This document shows, piece after piece, positions 24,787 through 42,112 of a stretch of 64,000 bases of DNA (positions are counted from its first letter, which is position 1; each line of letters opens with the position of its first letter). The translations under genes were made by a program, and so were the position numbers. The stretch lies in NCBI GenBank assembly GCA_951406725.2, contig OX597833.1:57846001-57910000 (forward strand), written 5' to 3'. The DNA comes from Octopus vulgaris (lineage: Eukaryota). The notes beneath the pieces were generated by a model. That model did not search any database. It was not told the DNA's origin and was given only the letters and a program-made list of their open reading frames with translations.

Positions 24787-25601
24787 GAGAGTATAACTCC
24801 AAACTTACAGGGAAAAATTCAGCTGAGTATTAAATCATATTTCACAGTATAGAGATATAAAATATGAATTAGAGATAAAACCACTATTATGCAACTCAAA
24901 CAGTGATAGACATAAACCAATACATAAATAATTTAATTTTTAAATGTATTTCATGAATATATTATATTGATATTTATAATATTTATGTAAGTAATAATGG
25001 ACTAATTAATTTATTTTTCTTTATGTCCTTATATTTATTGATAGAGTAAATTATATATTTTAATTACTATATGTGTTGATTATAATATAGATACTTATTT
25101 TAAAATATTTTATAATTATTAGATGTGAACTTTAATTTAAAAATATGAATAGTGATTATTTTCTTAAATAATTTGGTAATTAGATATTGGACTATAACTG
25201 AGTTAAGGATATTCGAGAGTTTATTATGTTTTTTTAAAACTATATTATATCTTCATAGATAAATACATATCTCTATCTATTTTTTTTACCTTAAAAATAA
25301 ATATTTAACATAATAAATGTGTTGTAGGAAATAATCCTAATGATTTAAGCTTCTAATTTAGATAATGGAGTTTTTTTATAAGAAAAATTGTTATTTTATT
25401 TATTTCTTAAATAAATATTGCTTAACTCTATTTGCTTATTTATTTAACTATTATCATTAACCTGAAGATTGACTATAATTTTAATTTGAATTTATTTCAA
25501 TTGAATTTAAACTTAATTGTAATTCAAATTTAATTGTAGCCATGAAACGTACCTTAGTGTTCTTACTTATATTATATTTATAATTCATTTTATGCTTTTT
25601 G

Positions 25602-25721
<120 letters not shown>

Positions 25722-26136
25722 CTCTTTACAACTGCTTCCTTGTCCACTGAATACCTTTCATCATACACTACACAAAGCATTAAGTTACGTCGAACTTTGA
25801 AATTTTGCAGCCAACCACCACTATAATGACACTTATATTTTAGTTTAAGTATTTTGTGAGTCTAGAAGGTTTGTTTCTTCAATATTAGATCTGCATACAA
25901 CTCATCACTTTCCCTTATACGTATCCTATGGGATCAAATTCATCAGAAATTCATCTAATTTCGATTTTTTTTCATCTTTCATTGTTTTCTTCTTATACAT
26001 CTGTTTCTTTGAATAATTTATAGGAAAACAACAATCAAACACAACTGTATACTTTTATTTTTATTTTATTTCAATTTTTATTGTCAATTGTGGAAAATCC
26101 AGTGCTGTTACAGGCATCTTGTAGACACAATGCTAT

Positions 26137-27057
26137 TGTTACTAACCTGCCGTCGCTCAATCCGAACCCGGGACCCTACTAAGTCGAGCGACGACGATTG
26201 ACAAGGCTCAGTCGAACGGAATCCGCCATAGAGAAAATGGTGGTGGGGGATGGCAGCGAACTCGAACCGGCGACCGGAGATAACAACAACAACAACAGCA
26301 GGAAGAAGAGAGAGACGGCGGAAGGCATTTGCTTTACGTTTAACAACAGTTTATACAATTATTACAACATGAAATAAAACGTGAAACATATCAGATACAT
26401 TTAAGAAAATAACCTGCAACAAAATTAAAAAGAAGAAAACAACAAAAGGCATGCACAATACAGAACGTCCGGAAACAATCAAAACATTAATGTTTTGATG
26501 CAATATAGAGTTCGAAACAGTTCAACATTAAAGTCTTTCTCTTTCTTTCTTTTTCTCTTTAACACAATGTTCTTTTTTCTTTCTTTTCTTCCTCGTTTCC
26601 TCAATTCACAAATCTCCTTTTTTGACACAATTCTTTTTCTTTTCAACAATTCTTTTTTTCGACACAGTTCACAATTTAAACATAAACAAAAGATACCGTT
26701 ACAAACTCCTACTACAATAGCCATGCCTTTTCGCCGTAATCCCTCTCTTTCGCTCTACATGTCCCCAATGCTATCTGCCTGTCTTTCTCACCACGCCTGT
26801 CCACACTGTCGTAGCCTCTCCAGACTGCACCTGTTGCCAACTCACTGTCTCAGGCAGAACTGACCAACAATCTCACAGCTCGCCGCATTTTAATGGGTCG
26901 TTTCTTAAACTTTGCTTGACCGGAAAAGGGTCAGAGGTATTTTCCAAACTCATTAATTTCTCTAAAAATAGACAGGACAAAGTGTTTTTCCGTCTGCTTG
27001 GGGCCAAACCACAAAACCAGGCCACAAGCACTCTTTCTCCGAATGACCCCCGTATCA
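26137..27057 (-). mobile_element. Complete solo LTR (921 bp) with 4-bp TSD
   Basis: Ends TGTTAC...GTATCA (TG...CA), flanked by CTAT at 26133-26136 and 27058-27061. A 4-bp TSD is compatible with Gypsy. Orientation is tentative. Confidence 0.75.
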
Positions 27058-27466
27058 CTATTAAATTTCTTTTCAAATCTTCGAATTTATTTTTAATGAA
27101 AATTTTCCGATATTTTCAGTATATGAAATTAAATAAATTTCCTTTATTTATTGGGAAAATGGCAGGGGTTAGACATGAACGAGATATTATAAGAAAGAGG
27201 AGAACAAATTGGAATAGTTTGTTTGTGTTTGTAAGTAATGTTAACCAAGTGATGCTGCATTGAGCTTATGCTAAATGTTGGAACAATGGTATCAGGTTTC
27301 ATGTCTGTTTGGTAACCTAGTTTACACACATCGATGCACTTGAAAATACATTTGTCAATCTGTAGTGAAATATGTTGACCATTGATATTAGAAGTCATTG
27401 AGAGGAATCTGTTGGTGTGTGTGTGTTTATGTGAAATTGCTAAGGTTAATAAAAAATGTATGTATG

Positions 27467-27524
<58 letters not shown>

Positions 27525-27527
<3 letters not shown>

Positions 27528-28230
27528 AAAAAAGTCAAGGTAGAAAATGCTAAAATAATTATATAAAAAAAACATTTCATTACTGGTTTCAGTCATTGAG
27601 ACTTTTTCAACTGTAAGTATAGAAAACAATTAAATTTTGAAAAAATTAAATGAAAAGTACTTTAAAAGAATGTTTGCATAGTATTCAAATACAAGGGACA
27701 TTTTCCGTGTTTCTGCCTGTCTCTGTCTCTCTTGTTTACTCTTGGGGGTTCGCGGTCATTGTGAATTCTTGGCAAAGAAGAAGAAGAAGAAGAAGAAGAA
27801 GAGAGAAGAAGAAGGAGAAGAAAGAAGAAGAAGAAGAAGAAGAAGAAGAAGAAGAAGAAGAAGAAGGAGGAGGAGGAGGAGGAAATAATGTGGGAGTGCT
27901 ATGATAGTAGTAGGATGTTAAATGGCGTTGTGCCCAGTAAGTGGATTGTTGTGGATGGTAGTAGTGATTGAATCCTTGTGATATCTCTTTTGAATGTATT
28001 GTTTATAATATTTTCGTAGGTGTTATTCTAAACAGCAGTAGTAGTAAAGTAAGGAAGGAGGTGGCGGAGAGGAAGAGGAAGGCAAGAAGAAGAAAGAGAC
28101 AGAATAATAAGAGAATGCAGGATGTTAGGATAGTAGTAGGATGTTAAAATTGTCAAGTGATCACTTTTAGGTCACTTGACCATTCAACATCCTACTACTA
28201 TCATAGCACTCCCGCATTATTTTCCTCTTT
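27525..28230 (-). mobile_element. Penelope-like terminal fragment with variant hammerhead core and local inverted duplication
   Basis: Minus strand ttgaaaa-agtc-tcaat-gact-gaaaccagta at ~27580-27612; inverted arms at 28129-28202; begins at (TA)n. Confidence 0.45.
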
Positions 28231-28704
28231 AAGTTAAAACGTTTTAATAAATAACTAATGTGGTTTGGTTAGTGGAATGTTTACATGTTTTTATGGGAAG
28301 TGCAGGGAAGTAACGAGGGTCTGATGATAAGTTTATATGTATTTTCTCTGTGATGTTTATTACATCGATTTCTTTTATGCCCCTTTAACTGAAAGTTACA
28401 ACACTTCCACGTATGGCTACCCTGTTGAAAGACTTTGCTGCCTCAGTTGTTTGCTTGTGTCCCAGAAAAGAGGCAAACAATTTACAAGGGCCAAATATGC
28501 CATTCAGTTCTTTAGTGCTTTCATAATAAAATAGTATTAAAGTTCATCATCAAGACCTGTCACCGATGTTAAGTTACATCTGATGTAGAACCACCACAAC
28601 AGCAGTAACTCTTAGATAGGACATTGCCAAAATACAGACACATGAAATGATCTGCACACTAATGAACACGAACTAATATAGTCTGCAAAGGAAACTAAAA
28701 CTAT

Positions 28705-28787
<83 letters not shown>

Positions 28788-29418
28788 CATTGCCATTTAA
28801 ATTGAGGAAAACTTTTAAAATCTTTTGGAATTTCTGGCTTCATGTTTCCTGATAGTAAAATGTCGTCCTAACTTAGGTTATCGATCTTCAATGATTTACT
28901 TGGTGTCTTTTGTTTAAATTAGTAATTTTTGATTGTTACTTATAGAATTCCAATATTCCAACGATGTTTCAGTATAATGCAAAGGTTTCAGTTTTACATC
29001 ATCCCAATATGTAGTCACGATTATCAAATGGATCTTTCAAGCAAAAGTATATCTCTAGATTCATTCTAATATTTTCTGCCACTTCTTCACTGTTTGGGGA
29101 TGTTAAAATATGTCAAAATGAAAGTTAGTTATGACGTCATCCTTTGAATGCTCTGACGTCATTTCAACGTTGGTTTCAGGGCCACATCCATAACAAAGGC
29201 AGTAATATTTCCTGTAGAATTCTTTGCTACATTCAGCTTGTGTTTCAAAGAAAGGAGTAGTCTAAATTTATATGATTTTAAAAATTTAACAGTAGATAAA
29301 CGTGTTTGGTATTACTTCAGAAAACGTGAGATATATAACAATGAATTTCAAAATATTGTTGAATATTATCAATAAAGAAAGGAATAAGGAAAGTATATTT
29401 ATGAACACAATCTATCTT

Positions 29419-30901
29419 TTATAATTCACTCTTGTGAAGTATATTTTGGAACGCTTTGTCATTGGCAAGGTCTTCTACTGAGTGAATGAATTCCAAAATA
29501 AATTTTTTGTATTCAGTATTTCCATTTCCATACTCATATAAATCAAGTATTATTTCCTTTATCTCCCAAATTTCTATCAGGTCTTTGTTGAAAGGAAGAA
29601 ATTCTACAGCAGATTTAAGAGCCAGAACAAACCTATCCATTCCAGAACGTCTTAATTGATCTTTTTCTTCTTCATCATTTTTTCCATCTGCTTCTTTCAA
29701 AACATAATCTTCCAAACAAAATGTTAAAATTAACATCTTGCATTATATTATCTGCTTTAAATCTTTCACAATACTTCCTGGCATTGTCATATTCTTTCAA
29801 AGAGATATATAATAAAATGATATCAAAGAGAGTAACTGAACATTCATGAGAAAGTTCAAGAGCTTGTTGAAAGTGATATTCAGCTTTGTTGATTAACTCA
29901 TTCCTTTCTCTATGAGGAATACTTCGAACATGTTTTAAAACTTTCGCAAATACATTCGTTTCTTTTGAGAATTGTTTGTTCATTGGGACATATGTATATT
30001 CTGGTGTATCCATTCTTAGATAAAGTGATCCAAGCCGATGATGAGAATATGATGTTGCTTTTATTTCAATTGCTTTTTCAAACAATTCTCTTCCTTGTTC
30101 AAGCTGATTTGAACGTATATAATGATAGGCACTTTTCTCCAAAACATAGCGGTCATCAGGGGAAATATGAAGAGCTCTCTGAAAATACACTTCACATGGT
30201 TGACTGCGAAGAAGACAAGGACTATGTTTAAACAAACCTATCAATGCTAATGTTCTACCCATTAGGGCCTTATCAATATGGTGTGGAAAAGCACATTGTA
30301 TTTTCTCTAAGTACTGTATTGATTCCTTAATATTTTCACGCATTTTCTCTTGATCCATGGTCTTTCTTAAACAACGATATTGCAACAAAGCAATAGAAAA
30401 CATACACAGATAATCGTCTGGACAAACGTTGAGAGACTCTTTGTAAAGTTCGATAGCTCTTTCATGATCTTTAAAAGATATAGTAGCTAAACAATAAGCA
30501 ACATTTCTTTTGCCTTCTGCTTCTATCAGCGAGAAATTTTCTCTTTCTTCAAGCTTGCTTAGATTATCCAAAAGGTTTCTTACCTCAGGGATATTTCCAT
30601 TGTACAAATGAATGAATGCAAGGTTGGTTAATGCCACCAGGTTATCTGGCTTCTTTTCTCGAACTTCATTGGCTAATTTTTCAGCTGAAAATTTATCGTT
30701 CATCTGCCACAGAATATATACTAGGACGTTCTTTTGACGAATCTCATCTTCTAAACCAAATGAGATATCATTACTTAACGAATTTTCTACTTTTTTAGAG
30801 AGAGACGACCAAACGTCTTTGGTTTTCTCAAAACTTTCTTCCATTACATTTGGAAATCTTTTAATTCTCTCCCTATACGATTCTCTTCTACTTCCTTCAT
30901 C
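29419..30901 (-). pseudogene. IFIT/TTC22-like gene copy 3, exon 2 with +1 frameshift
   Basis: 1483 nt versus 1482 in copy 2, from an extra T in cttt at 29695-29697. ORFs 29675-30916 and 29419-29736 join to full-length homology. Could be a homopolymer assembly error. Confidence 0.75.
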
Positions 30902-31148
30902 CTGAAATAAAAACAAAAAGATTGCGTATGAAATATGATATCACACATTATCATTGACAAAAAAATATTCTCCAATTTTCGATTTTTAGTTAATGAAACA
31001 ATGTTAAACCTTCCTAGTCTGATACGGTTGATGTAGTGGCTGAGCATTTTGGATTCGAATGTTCGATGTTTTGAATATACGCACAGAAAACTGAGCGTAA
31101 ATACGTGAGAGAACAATGTAAGGGGTGTGTTTAACAGAGTGATAAATG

Positions 31149-31210
<62 letters not shown>

Positions 31211-31314
31211 ACAACAACAACAACAATAACATGATGGTCAGGCTGTTGCAGATCACTTATAATATGTAATATAATATGATATAACACTCTCTCACACACA
31301 CATACACACACGCG

Positions 31315-32360
31315 CAAAGCGGTCAAATTGTTGGTGCTCGTATAGCAGGCGCTAGCGTAACGAAAACAGCTGAAATGTTTGGTGTATCAAGAAGTCTCGA
31401 AAGTAATGACAGCCTTTGAGAAAGAGGAAAAAAACCTCCTCGTTGAAACAAAACTCCAGAAGGAAACCAAAACTTCCAGATAGGGATCGTTGGATTCTTA
31501 TGCGAATTATTAGAAAGAATCACAAAAGTACAGCTCCCTAAATTACTGTAGAGCTTAATGACCACCTCGAGAACCCAGTTTCCACAAGAACAGTTCGCCG
31601 GGAGCTACAAAAGGCAGGATTTCAAGGGAGGGCTACAGTCAAGAAAACCACTACTTTCAAAAACAAACGTTGCAAAGCGTTTAGAGTGGAGTAAAAATCT
31701 ACAGAATTGGTCCCCAGAGCAGTGGATGAATGTTATTTTCTCGGACGAGTCATCCTTCACCTTTTTTCCGACCACCGAGTGTACTTGTGGAGTCAGCCGA
31801 AAGAAGCATTTGACCCAGACTGCTTTCTTCTATTAAACATGGAAGAGGATCTGCAATGATGAGCTTTGGGGGCTATATCTTGGAAATCCGCTGGCCCAAT
31901 GATTTTCCTTCATGGCAGAATTAATAGTCATGACTATTTAAGCATTTTATCTGATCAAATTCATCCAGTGGTTGCAGAACTGTTTCCGGAGCGAAATGCA
32001 ATTTTTCAGAATGATAATGCACAAATTCACACAGCTAAAGTTGTTGCTGAATGGTACGAGGAACATTTTAGTGAGGTTGAACATCTTATATGGCCACCAC
32101 AGTCCCCAGGTCTCAATATTATTGAACACTTATTGTGCATTTTAGAAAAATAAGGAAGGAGCCGATATCCTCCACTATCATCACTACAAGAACTGGAGAC
32201 TGTTTGAACAAAAATTCCTTTGGAAAGAATTCAAACTTTGTACAAGTCCATATCTTGTAGAATTCAACTTGTAATTACAGCCAAATATCAAAATTACTGC
32301 CATATCAAAATAAAGTTGTTTGAAATGTTAAGGTGTTTCCATTATATTGTCCAACCCCTG
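31315..32360 (+). mobile_element. Tc1/mariner remnant in the intron of copy 3 (left end deleted)
   Basis: Junction cgcgcaaa|gcggtcaa removes ~190 bp present in the other copies; right TIR followed by TA. Confidence 0.85.
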
Positions 32361-32586
32361 TATAGGCTGAAACTGAAATCGCCGCACATTGAAACCGAAC
32401 CCAGTAGCAATGGGTTGAGAAACAACTTTTTTACCTCACAACTACGCCTATAAGTATATAACACACACATATACACGCACACATACACTCGCACCTACAC
32501 ACTTATACATATTCATATATACATACATGTGTGTGTGTGTGTGTGTCTCCGAAAAGCAGCGAAATTATATAATTCTGTACAATTAA

Positions 32587-32893
32587 TCTCTCTCTATATA
32601 AAGCTAAAGTTGTCTGTGTATGGCAGGTTTGGTAGCCTTCAACTAACACTATCTCCTCCGAGACCCTGCGGCACAAGTTGACCAAAATTGAGAGTATGTG
32701 CTTTTTTTCTATGAAAATCCTTATTTTTGACGATTTTTTTGACTGCTCTGTCGCCATTTTTCGGTGTATTTCAAACGGAAAAATGTTCACTTAAAGAGAA
32801 TAACAAGCTACATAATGCAAAATTTTTACTTTTCAAAAATTCCAATTCTAAAGGGTCGAAAGAAACCCGAGCAACGCCGGGTTATACTGCTAG
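32587..32893 (+). mobile_element. Non-autonomous Helitron (internal deletion)
   Basis: TC start; hairpin and CTAG end. Confidence 0.7.
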
Positions 32894-33192
32894 TCTTCTA
32901 TAAAATTGCATCACTATACTAAAAACTTAGATATATAAACGCTGCACTCGATTTTAATACAGAGAAAAGGAATTTTACAATTTTATTTCAAGGGAACTAA
33001 CTCAGTTAAACACACGTTTATATTGTCTCCCGTGTTTTATTAATCATGGCAACCTTTCCTTAACTATCATACACAAACCATAAAAGATTTATTCCACTTC
33101 GAAGTTCATGTTTTTTTTTCTCACGAAAACACGACAGAAAATGAATCTTTTTGATTGCTGTTGTAGCGGTCATAAGACTTTATCAGCAGCTT

Positions 33193-33621
33193 GGGATCTT
33201 TTCGGTTTGAACGGCAGTTTTTTTCTAGCGGTATCATATGAAATTGTCACCCATAATTATGACCCTAGTATCGATCTATTGCATTTCAATCTCTTTTAGG
33301 GTTAGGGTTAGGGTCAGGGTTAAGGGTGGGGGAAAGGTATCTTTTTTTCTTCACAAGTAAATTAACCCAATCTGTTTCTTAAACGAGGGACATATTCATA
33401 CGGCACACAATGCTTTTTAACTCAATAGACGTCACTGATTGGTTGAAATTGCAGAAATTGAAGGCTAAAAACAACAAATATCTTACAAACAATAGAATTT
33501 TCTAAATAAAGTCAAGAGAAAACGATGTTTTATAAACACATTCTACCAGTATACGAAGTTTAAAATTTTTTAGTTACCTAGAAATTATTTTAAAAACTGC
33601 CGTTCAAACCGAAAAGATCCC
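33193..33621. mobile_element. MITE (gggatcttttcggtttgaac TIR)
   Basis: TIRs at both ends. Confidence 0.8.
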
Positions 33622-33822
33622 AGGGAGTTTTTGACCTCTAATTGCTTGGGTAATTGCTTGGATAATATCAGGTTATCAAATTTATCATAGGTTCGAAAAG
33701 AAATTGGATCGGTTATTTAGAAAATTTGAAACTTTTCTATTGTGGAAACATTCTACGTAAGAAGTATTTCTCAAGTTGACAATGGATAAGATTGAAGACA
33801 TTTCTGTGTGTGTGTGTGTGTG

Positions 33823-33884
<62 letters not shown>

Positions 33885-33988
33885 TTTGTGTGTGTATGAG
33901 TGTGTTTTTGTGAGCGTTCGCCCGATCGAGTGTGTGTGTGTCTGTGACTATAGGTGTGACTGTATGCAAGTGCGTCTCTGATTCTGTT

Positions 33989-34040
<52 letters not shown>

Positions 34041-35065
34041 TGTATGAGTGTGTATGATGTGTGAGTGTGCGCACTCCCGATCGAGTGTGTGTATGTCTGT
34101 GACTGTATGCGTGTGCGTCTCTGACTCTGTGTGTGTGTGTGTGCGTGTGCACGCGCGCACCCTTTACCATTACTCGACTGTGTGCGTGCGTGAGTATGTA
34201 TACCCCACTGTAGATTCTGGAGAACGTGTGAGAGTGTATATACACTTGTCTATGTGTGACTAGTGTATGTGTGTTTAATGAAACTGAAAAACCATTTAAA
34301 TAAACAATGGAATTCATTTTCCCCACAACAATTTCGAAAGCTAATAACTAGATGATGCTACGCTACCAAATCAATGATCGGTTATTCTTCTCTTATTATG
34401 GTTGCGTTACGATAAAATTCTAAAATTTGGTTTCAAATGTGGCTACTTACCATTGGCAAGCTATTTATTTCATTAGAATTTGCCACGAGGGCAGTACATA
34501 GATGAGTAGCTGCGGGCTGGTCAAAAGCATCAATGAGATGAGGATGATAAGGATGAACAAAAATAGGAAGGCCACTGGCACCCGCCGACCAATAACCCCT
34601 CGAATACAAAGTTTCTTTACTAAAATTTATTACAACACAAATTTTTACAACAAAAAATTTTACACCAAAAATTTTTACAACAAAATTTTTACAACAAAAA
34701 TTTTCTTACAATTTTCTTTGTCAGGTCCCCCGAACTAATTGAACTGCCACCTGCAGACAACTCTGCATCGACAGGTCGGGGCCTGAAAAGAGAAAAGCGA
34801 ATTCTTTCTTGTCAAAGGTCGCTGTGACCTTTGACAAAGTTTTTTCCGTGACCGCCTCCGCAACCACTTACCACACAGCCACTCCTATTGTGCATTTGGG
34901 GAGTGTATTTTGCCTTGTGTACATACATGTGTGTGTGAGTGTGTGCATGAATGTATGTATGTATGTATGTATATATTTATAGATTGAAGGCTTCGAATGA
35001 TTTGTCTGTGTTCCGTGTTTGTCCCTTCCTGTATTTCACGTTCTTTATATATAAAACATTTATTG

Positions 35066-35123
<58 letters not shown>

Positions 35124-35216
35124 TATATAATTAGGGCTTAGTAAAGTAAATTACTTTATATGTATATAAATATATACATACATACATTCATGCACACACT
35201 CACACACACATGTATT

Positions 35217-35254
<38 letters not shown>

Positions 35255-35256
<2 letters not shown>

Positions 35257-35620
35257 CGCAGGAGTGGCTGTGTGGTAAGTAGCTTGCTTAACAACCACAT
35301 GGTTCCGGGTTCAGTCCCACTGCATGGCATCTTGGGCGCAAGTGTCTTCTACTATAGCCTTGTGATTTGGTAGACGGAAACTGAAAGAAGCCCGTCGTAT
35401 ATATGTATATATATATATATATCTGTGTGTATTTGTGTGTCTGTGCTTGACAACCGATGCTGGTGTGTTTATGTCCCCGTTACTTAGCGGTTCGGCAAAA
35501 GAGACCTATAGAATAAGTACTGGGCTTACAAAAGAATAAGTCCGGGGGTCGAGTTGCTTAATTAAAGGCGGTGCTCCAGCATGGCCGCAGTCAAATGACT
35601 GAAACAAGTAAAAGAGAAAA
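35255..35620 (+). mobile_element. tRNA-derived SINE
   Basis: A/B boxes and tail; corresponds to 19134-19502. Confidence 0.85.
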
Positions 35621-35676
35621 AATGAGAGTAAAGAGTGTACATTTGTTCATGCGAGTGTATATATTGATATACTCAC

Positions 35677-35727
35677 CTGTAGAATTTCCTGCATTTTCCC
35701 AGTTATTTTCTGCATTTCTTCAGCCAT
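35677..35727 (-). CDS. IFIT/TTC22-like gene copy 3, exon 1 (MAEEMQKITGKMQEILQ)
   Basis: ATG, 17 codons, consensus donor CAG|GTGAGT. Confidence 0.75.
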
Positions 35728-35899
35728 TCCTTTATAGCTGTGTGTGTATAAAAAGGCAAATTTTCTTTGGACAACAAAATCTGTATGTTTTCTTTTTGTG
35801 AAATTATGCTTTCTGTTGTATTCGTGAAATGAAGAAAGGTCAAGTTGTAGAAATGATATAATGAATAATAACAGTCAATGTCTATATCCAATCTCTATC

Positions 35900-36334
35900 C
35901 AAGCTTTTCAGAATGGTAAATATATGGCAACGAATAGTATATACAGAGAGAGTGTCACTTTTTGTGCAAGTGTTCCTTTCTGGAAACTAGGTCCTATAGG
36001 AATGCTGGAAGTTGTAAAGGGATTAGTAAAGTAAATTAGTCGAGATTGAAGAAGTAAAATAATTCAGAAATAATAAAAACTGTTTTGGGAATCTCAGATA
36101 ATAATATCAACGCCCGTTAATGTCACCAACTGAGTAAAACTGAAAGAATTCTCTGAAAACACGTCACATCTGATTGACCAAATCGAATGCTGGTGAATCG
36201 GTATTACGTTTCAAAAGTGCAAAGTAAAACATCTCTCTATTGTTATGTCAGATACTTTCACTTTAATATTGAAACAATTAAAATGAAACTACTATGTAAC
36301 AGGGATGAACTGTAACTGGACATACATTCTGCTA
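35900..36334 (-). promoter_or_regulatory. Putative IRF/STAT-responsive upstream region of copy 3 (single module)
   Basis: AAAACTGAAAG 36136-36146; TTCTCTGAA ~36149-36157; ACTTTCACTTT 36254-36264; AAAATGAAACT ~36280-36290. Confidence 0.55.
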
Positions 36335-36441
36335 AAAGAAGATCCGCTATGGTCTTATATGCTACACCACTGGTTTTAAATTCTTACTCATCAAATTAAT
36401 ATTCAATTTTTCACTCTTATAACTTTAAATTTCAATTTACA

Positions 36442-36507
<66 letters not shown>

Positions 36508-36547
36508 CATATAGATGTATATATATATAGAGATGTATATATATATG

Positions 36548-38961
<2,414 letters not shown>

Positions 38962-39165
38962 TTATACATACATATATTTATATATATATCTTTATATATA
39001 AAATTTAAGTTGTGTGTGTCAGACTCTGTCTCCTCCGATTTAGATTCTCAACTACTCCCACATTTTGCGGTGCAGTTTAACCAAAAGCGGGTATGTTATA
39101 GATGTTTTAAAGATATTTTATAAACACATTCTACCAGTATACAAAGTTTAAAAGTGTTTAGTTAC

Positions 39166-40030
39166 TCTCTCTCTCTCTCTTTTACTCTTTTACTTGTTTC
39201 AGTCATTTGACTGCGGCCATGCTGGAGCACCGCCTTTAATCGAGCAACTCGACCCCGGGACTTATTCTTTTGTAAAGCCAGTACTTATTCTATCGGTCCC
39301 TTTTGAGTGACGGGGACGTAAACACACCAGCATCGGTTGTCAAGCAATGCTAGGAGGCCAAACACAGACACACAAACACACACACGCATATATATATATA
39401 TACACATATATACGACAGGCGTCTTTCAGTTTCTGCCTACCAAATCTACTCACAAGACTTTGGTCGGCCCGAGGCTATAGTAGAAGACACTTGCCCAAGG
39501 TACCACACAGTGGGACTGAACCCAAAACCATGTGGTTGGTAAACAAGCTACTTACCACACAGCCACTCCTACGTGTAAATTATTTTAAAAAACTGCCGTT
39601 CAAACCGAAAAGATCCAATGTCATTTATAAACGAGTAACCTGGATACGTTTATTAAATACCTAGAAACCAGAAACAACTAAAAACGAAACGGAAAGCAAA
39701 TAGTGATTCATATAAATTCCTCGAATATTATCAAATTAGAAAAAAAAAGACATATTTAAATAGGCGTAGGACTGGCTTTGAGTTAAGTAGCTTGGTTACG
39801 AACTACATGGTTCCGAGTTCAGTCCCACTGCGTGGCACCTTGGGCAAGTGTCTTCTTCTATAGCTTCGGGCCAACCAAAGCCTTGTGACTGGATTTGGTA
39901 GACGGAAAGTGAAAGAAGCCCGTCGTATATATGTACATATATATATGTATGTGTGTGTATGTGTTTGTCGCCCCAACATCACTTGACAACCGATGCTGGT
40001 GTGTTTACATCCCTGTAACTTAGCGGTTCG
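39166..40030. mobile_element. Divergent SINE pair (minus ~39166-39573, plus ~39763-40030) with MITE end
   Basis: Corresponds to 9530-10387. Confidence 0.8.
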
Positions 40031-40129
40031 TAACTAATTGGTAAAATCATTAATTATTAATTAATTAATTAATTTTTACCCTTTATTATTATTGATTATA
40101 TATATATATATATATATATATATGATATA

Positions 40130-40223
<94 letters not shown>

Positions 40224-40756
40224 TAATAATAATAATAATAATAATAGGGAGTATAACTCCAAACTTACAGGGAAAAATTCAGTTTAGTATTGAATTAAAT
40301 TTCACAGTATGGAGATATAAAATATGAATTAGAGATAAAACCACTATTATGCAAATCAAGCAGTGGTAGACATAAACCAATACATAAATAAATTATTTTT
40401 TAAGTGTATTTCATGAATATATTATATTGATATTTATAATATTTATGTAAGTAATAATGGACCAATTAATTCATTTATTTTTCATTATATGTCTTTATAT
40501 TTATTGACAGAGTAAATTTTAGATTTTAATTACTATATTTGTTGATTATAATTTAGATACTTATTTTTAAATATTTTATAATCATTAGATGTTAACTTAA
40601 ATTTAAAAATATGAATAGTGATTATTTTGTTAAATAATTTGGTAATTAAATATTGGACTATAACTGAGTTAACGATATTCGAGAGTTTATTATGTTTTTT
40701 TAAAGCTATATTATATCTTCATAGATAAATACATTTTTTCTTTTTGAAATATATTA

Positions 40757-40823
<67 letters not shown>

Positions 40824-41263
40824 CATATATATATAAATACTCTTCAATACCTTTACAGCTGCTTCCTTGTCCACTGAATACCTTTCATCATACATTACAC
40901 GAAACATTAAGTTACGTCGAACTTTGAAATTCTGCAGCCAACCACCACTATAATGACACTTATATCTTAGTTTAAGTATTTTGTGAGTCTAGAAGGTTTC
41001 TTTCTTCAATATTAGATCTGCATACAACTCATCACCTTCCCTTATACGTATCCTATGGGATCAAATTCATCAGAAATTCATCTAATTTCGATTGTTTTTC
41101 ATCTTTCATTGTTTTCTTCTTATACATCTGTTTCTTTGAATAATTTTTAGGAAAACAAAAATCAAACACAACTGTATACTTTTATTTTTATTTTATTTCA
41201 ATTTTTATTGTCAATTTTGGAAAATCCAGTGCTGTTACAGGCATCTTGTAGACACAATGCTTT

Positions 41264-42112
41264 TGTTACGAACCTGCCGTCGCTTAACTCGAACCCGGGA
41301 CCCTACTAAGTCGAGCGACGACGATTGACAAGGCTCAGTCGAACGGAATCCGCCACAGAGAAAACGTTGGTGGGGGATGGCAGCGAACTCGAACCGGCGA
41401 CCGGAGATAACAACAACAACAGCAGGAAGAAGAGAGAGAGGCGGCGGAAGGTAATTGCTTAACGTTTAACAACAGTTTATAAAATTATCACAACATCAAA
41501 TAAAACGTGAAACATATCAGATACATTTAAGAAAATAACCTGCCACAGAATTTTAAAAAAGAAAACAACAAAAGGCATGCACAATACAGAACGTCCGGAA
41601 ACAATCAAAACATTAATGTTTTGATGCAATATAGAGTTCGAAACAGTTCAACATTAAAGTCTTTCTCTTTCTTTCTTTTTCTTTTTAACACAATGTTCTT
41701 TTTTCTTTCTTTTCTTCCTCTTTTCCTCAATTCACAGTTCTCTTTTTTGACACAATTCTTTTTCTTTTAAACAATTCTTTTTTTCAACACAGTTCACAAT
41801 TTAAACATAAACAAAACACACCGTTACAAACACCTACTACAATAGCCATGCCTTTTCGCCGTAATCCCTCTCTTTCGCTCTACATGCCCCCAATGCTATC
41901 TGCCTGTCTTTCTCACCACGCCTGTCCACACTGTCGTAGCCTCTCCAGACTGCACCTGTTGCCAACTCACTGTTTCAGGCAGAACTGACCAACAATCTCA
42001 CAGCTCCCCGCATTTTAATGGGTCGTTTCTTAAACTTTGCTTGACCGGAAAAGGGTCAGAGGTATTTTCCAAACTCATTAATTTCTCTAGAAATTGACAG
42101 AACAACGTGTTT
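41264..42112 (-). mobile_element. Truncated solo LTR
   Basis: Starts TGTTACGAACC; same deletion junction as 11636-12484. Confidence 0.65.
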
